Below, in pieces: positions 63,815 to 64,000 of a stretch of 64,000 nucleotides of DNA; position 1 is the stretch's first letter; the number at the start of each line of letters is the position of its first letter. Origin of the DNA: a virus (taxonomy: Duplodnaviria; Caudoviricetes); the IMG/VR virus record IMGVR_UViG_3300042691_041259, positions 64,001-128,000 of that record. One strand, given 5' to 3'. Both the position numbers and the translations under genes were made by a program. Under the pieces are notes generated by a model that ran no database searches, was not told where the DNA came from, and saw nothing but the letters and a program-made list of their open reading frames with translations.

Positions 63815-64000
63815 TATCTAGTCAGCGTTTTAATGCTATTTTTATCGTATGTGATATTTTCTTTGGTTTTAACCAGAGAAGTCTGTAACTCATCCACTCT
63901 TTGAGCTGTTGATTGTCTCTTGTAAGTAGCGGAAACTTGCACATCAAAAGAAAACACCGTTGTTTCTTTTACATAGATATCTATTCCAATCTTTTTTGAA
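63814..64000 (-). CDS. C-terminal end of an upstream gene (partial)
   Basis: Manual translation SKKIGIDIYVKETTVFSFDVQVSATYK...KTLTR* ends in a TAA overlapping the ATG at 63814. Confidence 0.7.
   Translation of the reverse strand, partial: SKKIGIDIYVKETTVFSFDVQVSATYKRQSTAQRVDELQTSLVKTKENITYDKNSIKTLTR

Noticed and set aside
1-64000. Stop-codon reassignment (TAG or TGA), as in some large phages
   Set aside because: Conserved enzymes are full length in the standard code, and TAA, TAG (e.g. 8626, 13912) and TGA (e.g. 2288) all end genes at natural C-termini.
1-64000. CRISPR array, tRNA or large ncRNA
   Set aside because: Intergenic gaps are mostly under about 240 nt and are explained by promoters or terminators. 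I saw no regularly spaced repeats or cloverleaf signatures by eye; tRNAscan was not run.

Overview
A 64-kb piece of a very large T4-superfamily (jumbo/huge) myophage genome. It is densely coding, and nearly every credible gene is on the minus strand; the one exception is hsp20. The host is probably a Bacteroidetes, inferred from a signal-peptide outer-membrane beta-barrel gene and A-rich, mostly SD-less start regions. The window has three parts. (1) 1-22.4 kb and 38.6-44.7 kb: replication, recombination and nucleotide metabolism (Rad50/Mre11-like gp46/gp47, gp41 helicase, UvsX, a family-B DNA polymerase split into two genes 12.6 kb apart, sliding clamp, two-subunit type IIA topoisomerase, NAD-dependent ligase, class II RNR, dUTPase, UvsW, primase, gp32, RuvC-like resolvase). 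(2) 23-38.6 kb: a tightly packed block where most genes start with the same leader, M-K-H/Y-V-K-T/S-F/Y-E-x-F-x-x-E. This resembles the T4 internal-protein capsid targeting sequence (MKTYQEFIAE), so these are probably virion-packaged, protease-matured cargo. The cargo includes a KxDG ligase-type, a HIGH-type and a Pol-beta-type nucleotidyltransferase, an ATP-grasp enzyme, a ferritin and a ParB-like protein. The block also holds a leaderless, catalytically degenerate fusion paralog of the first two transferases and a carboxyethyl-ornithine-synthase-like dehydrogenase. (3) 45-64 kb: tail and structural genes, including 2187- and 2795-aa proteins. Two recurrent phage promoter-like motifs are visible. 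I found no tRNA, CRISPR array, intein or stop-codon reassignment. All family assignments come from motif recognition by eye; no database search was run.
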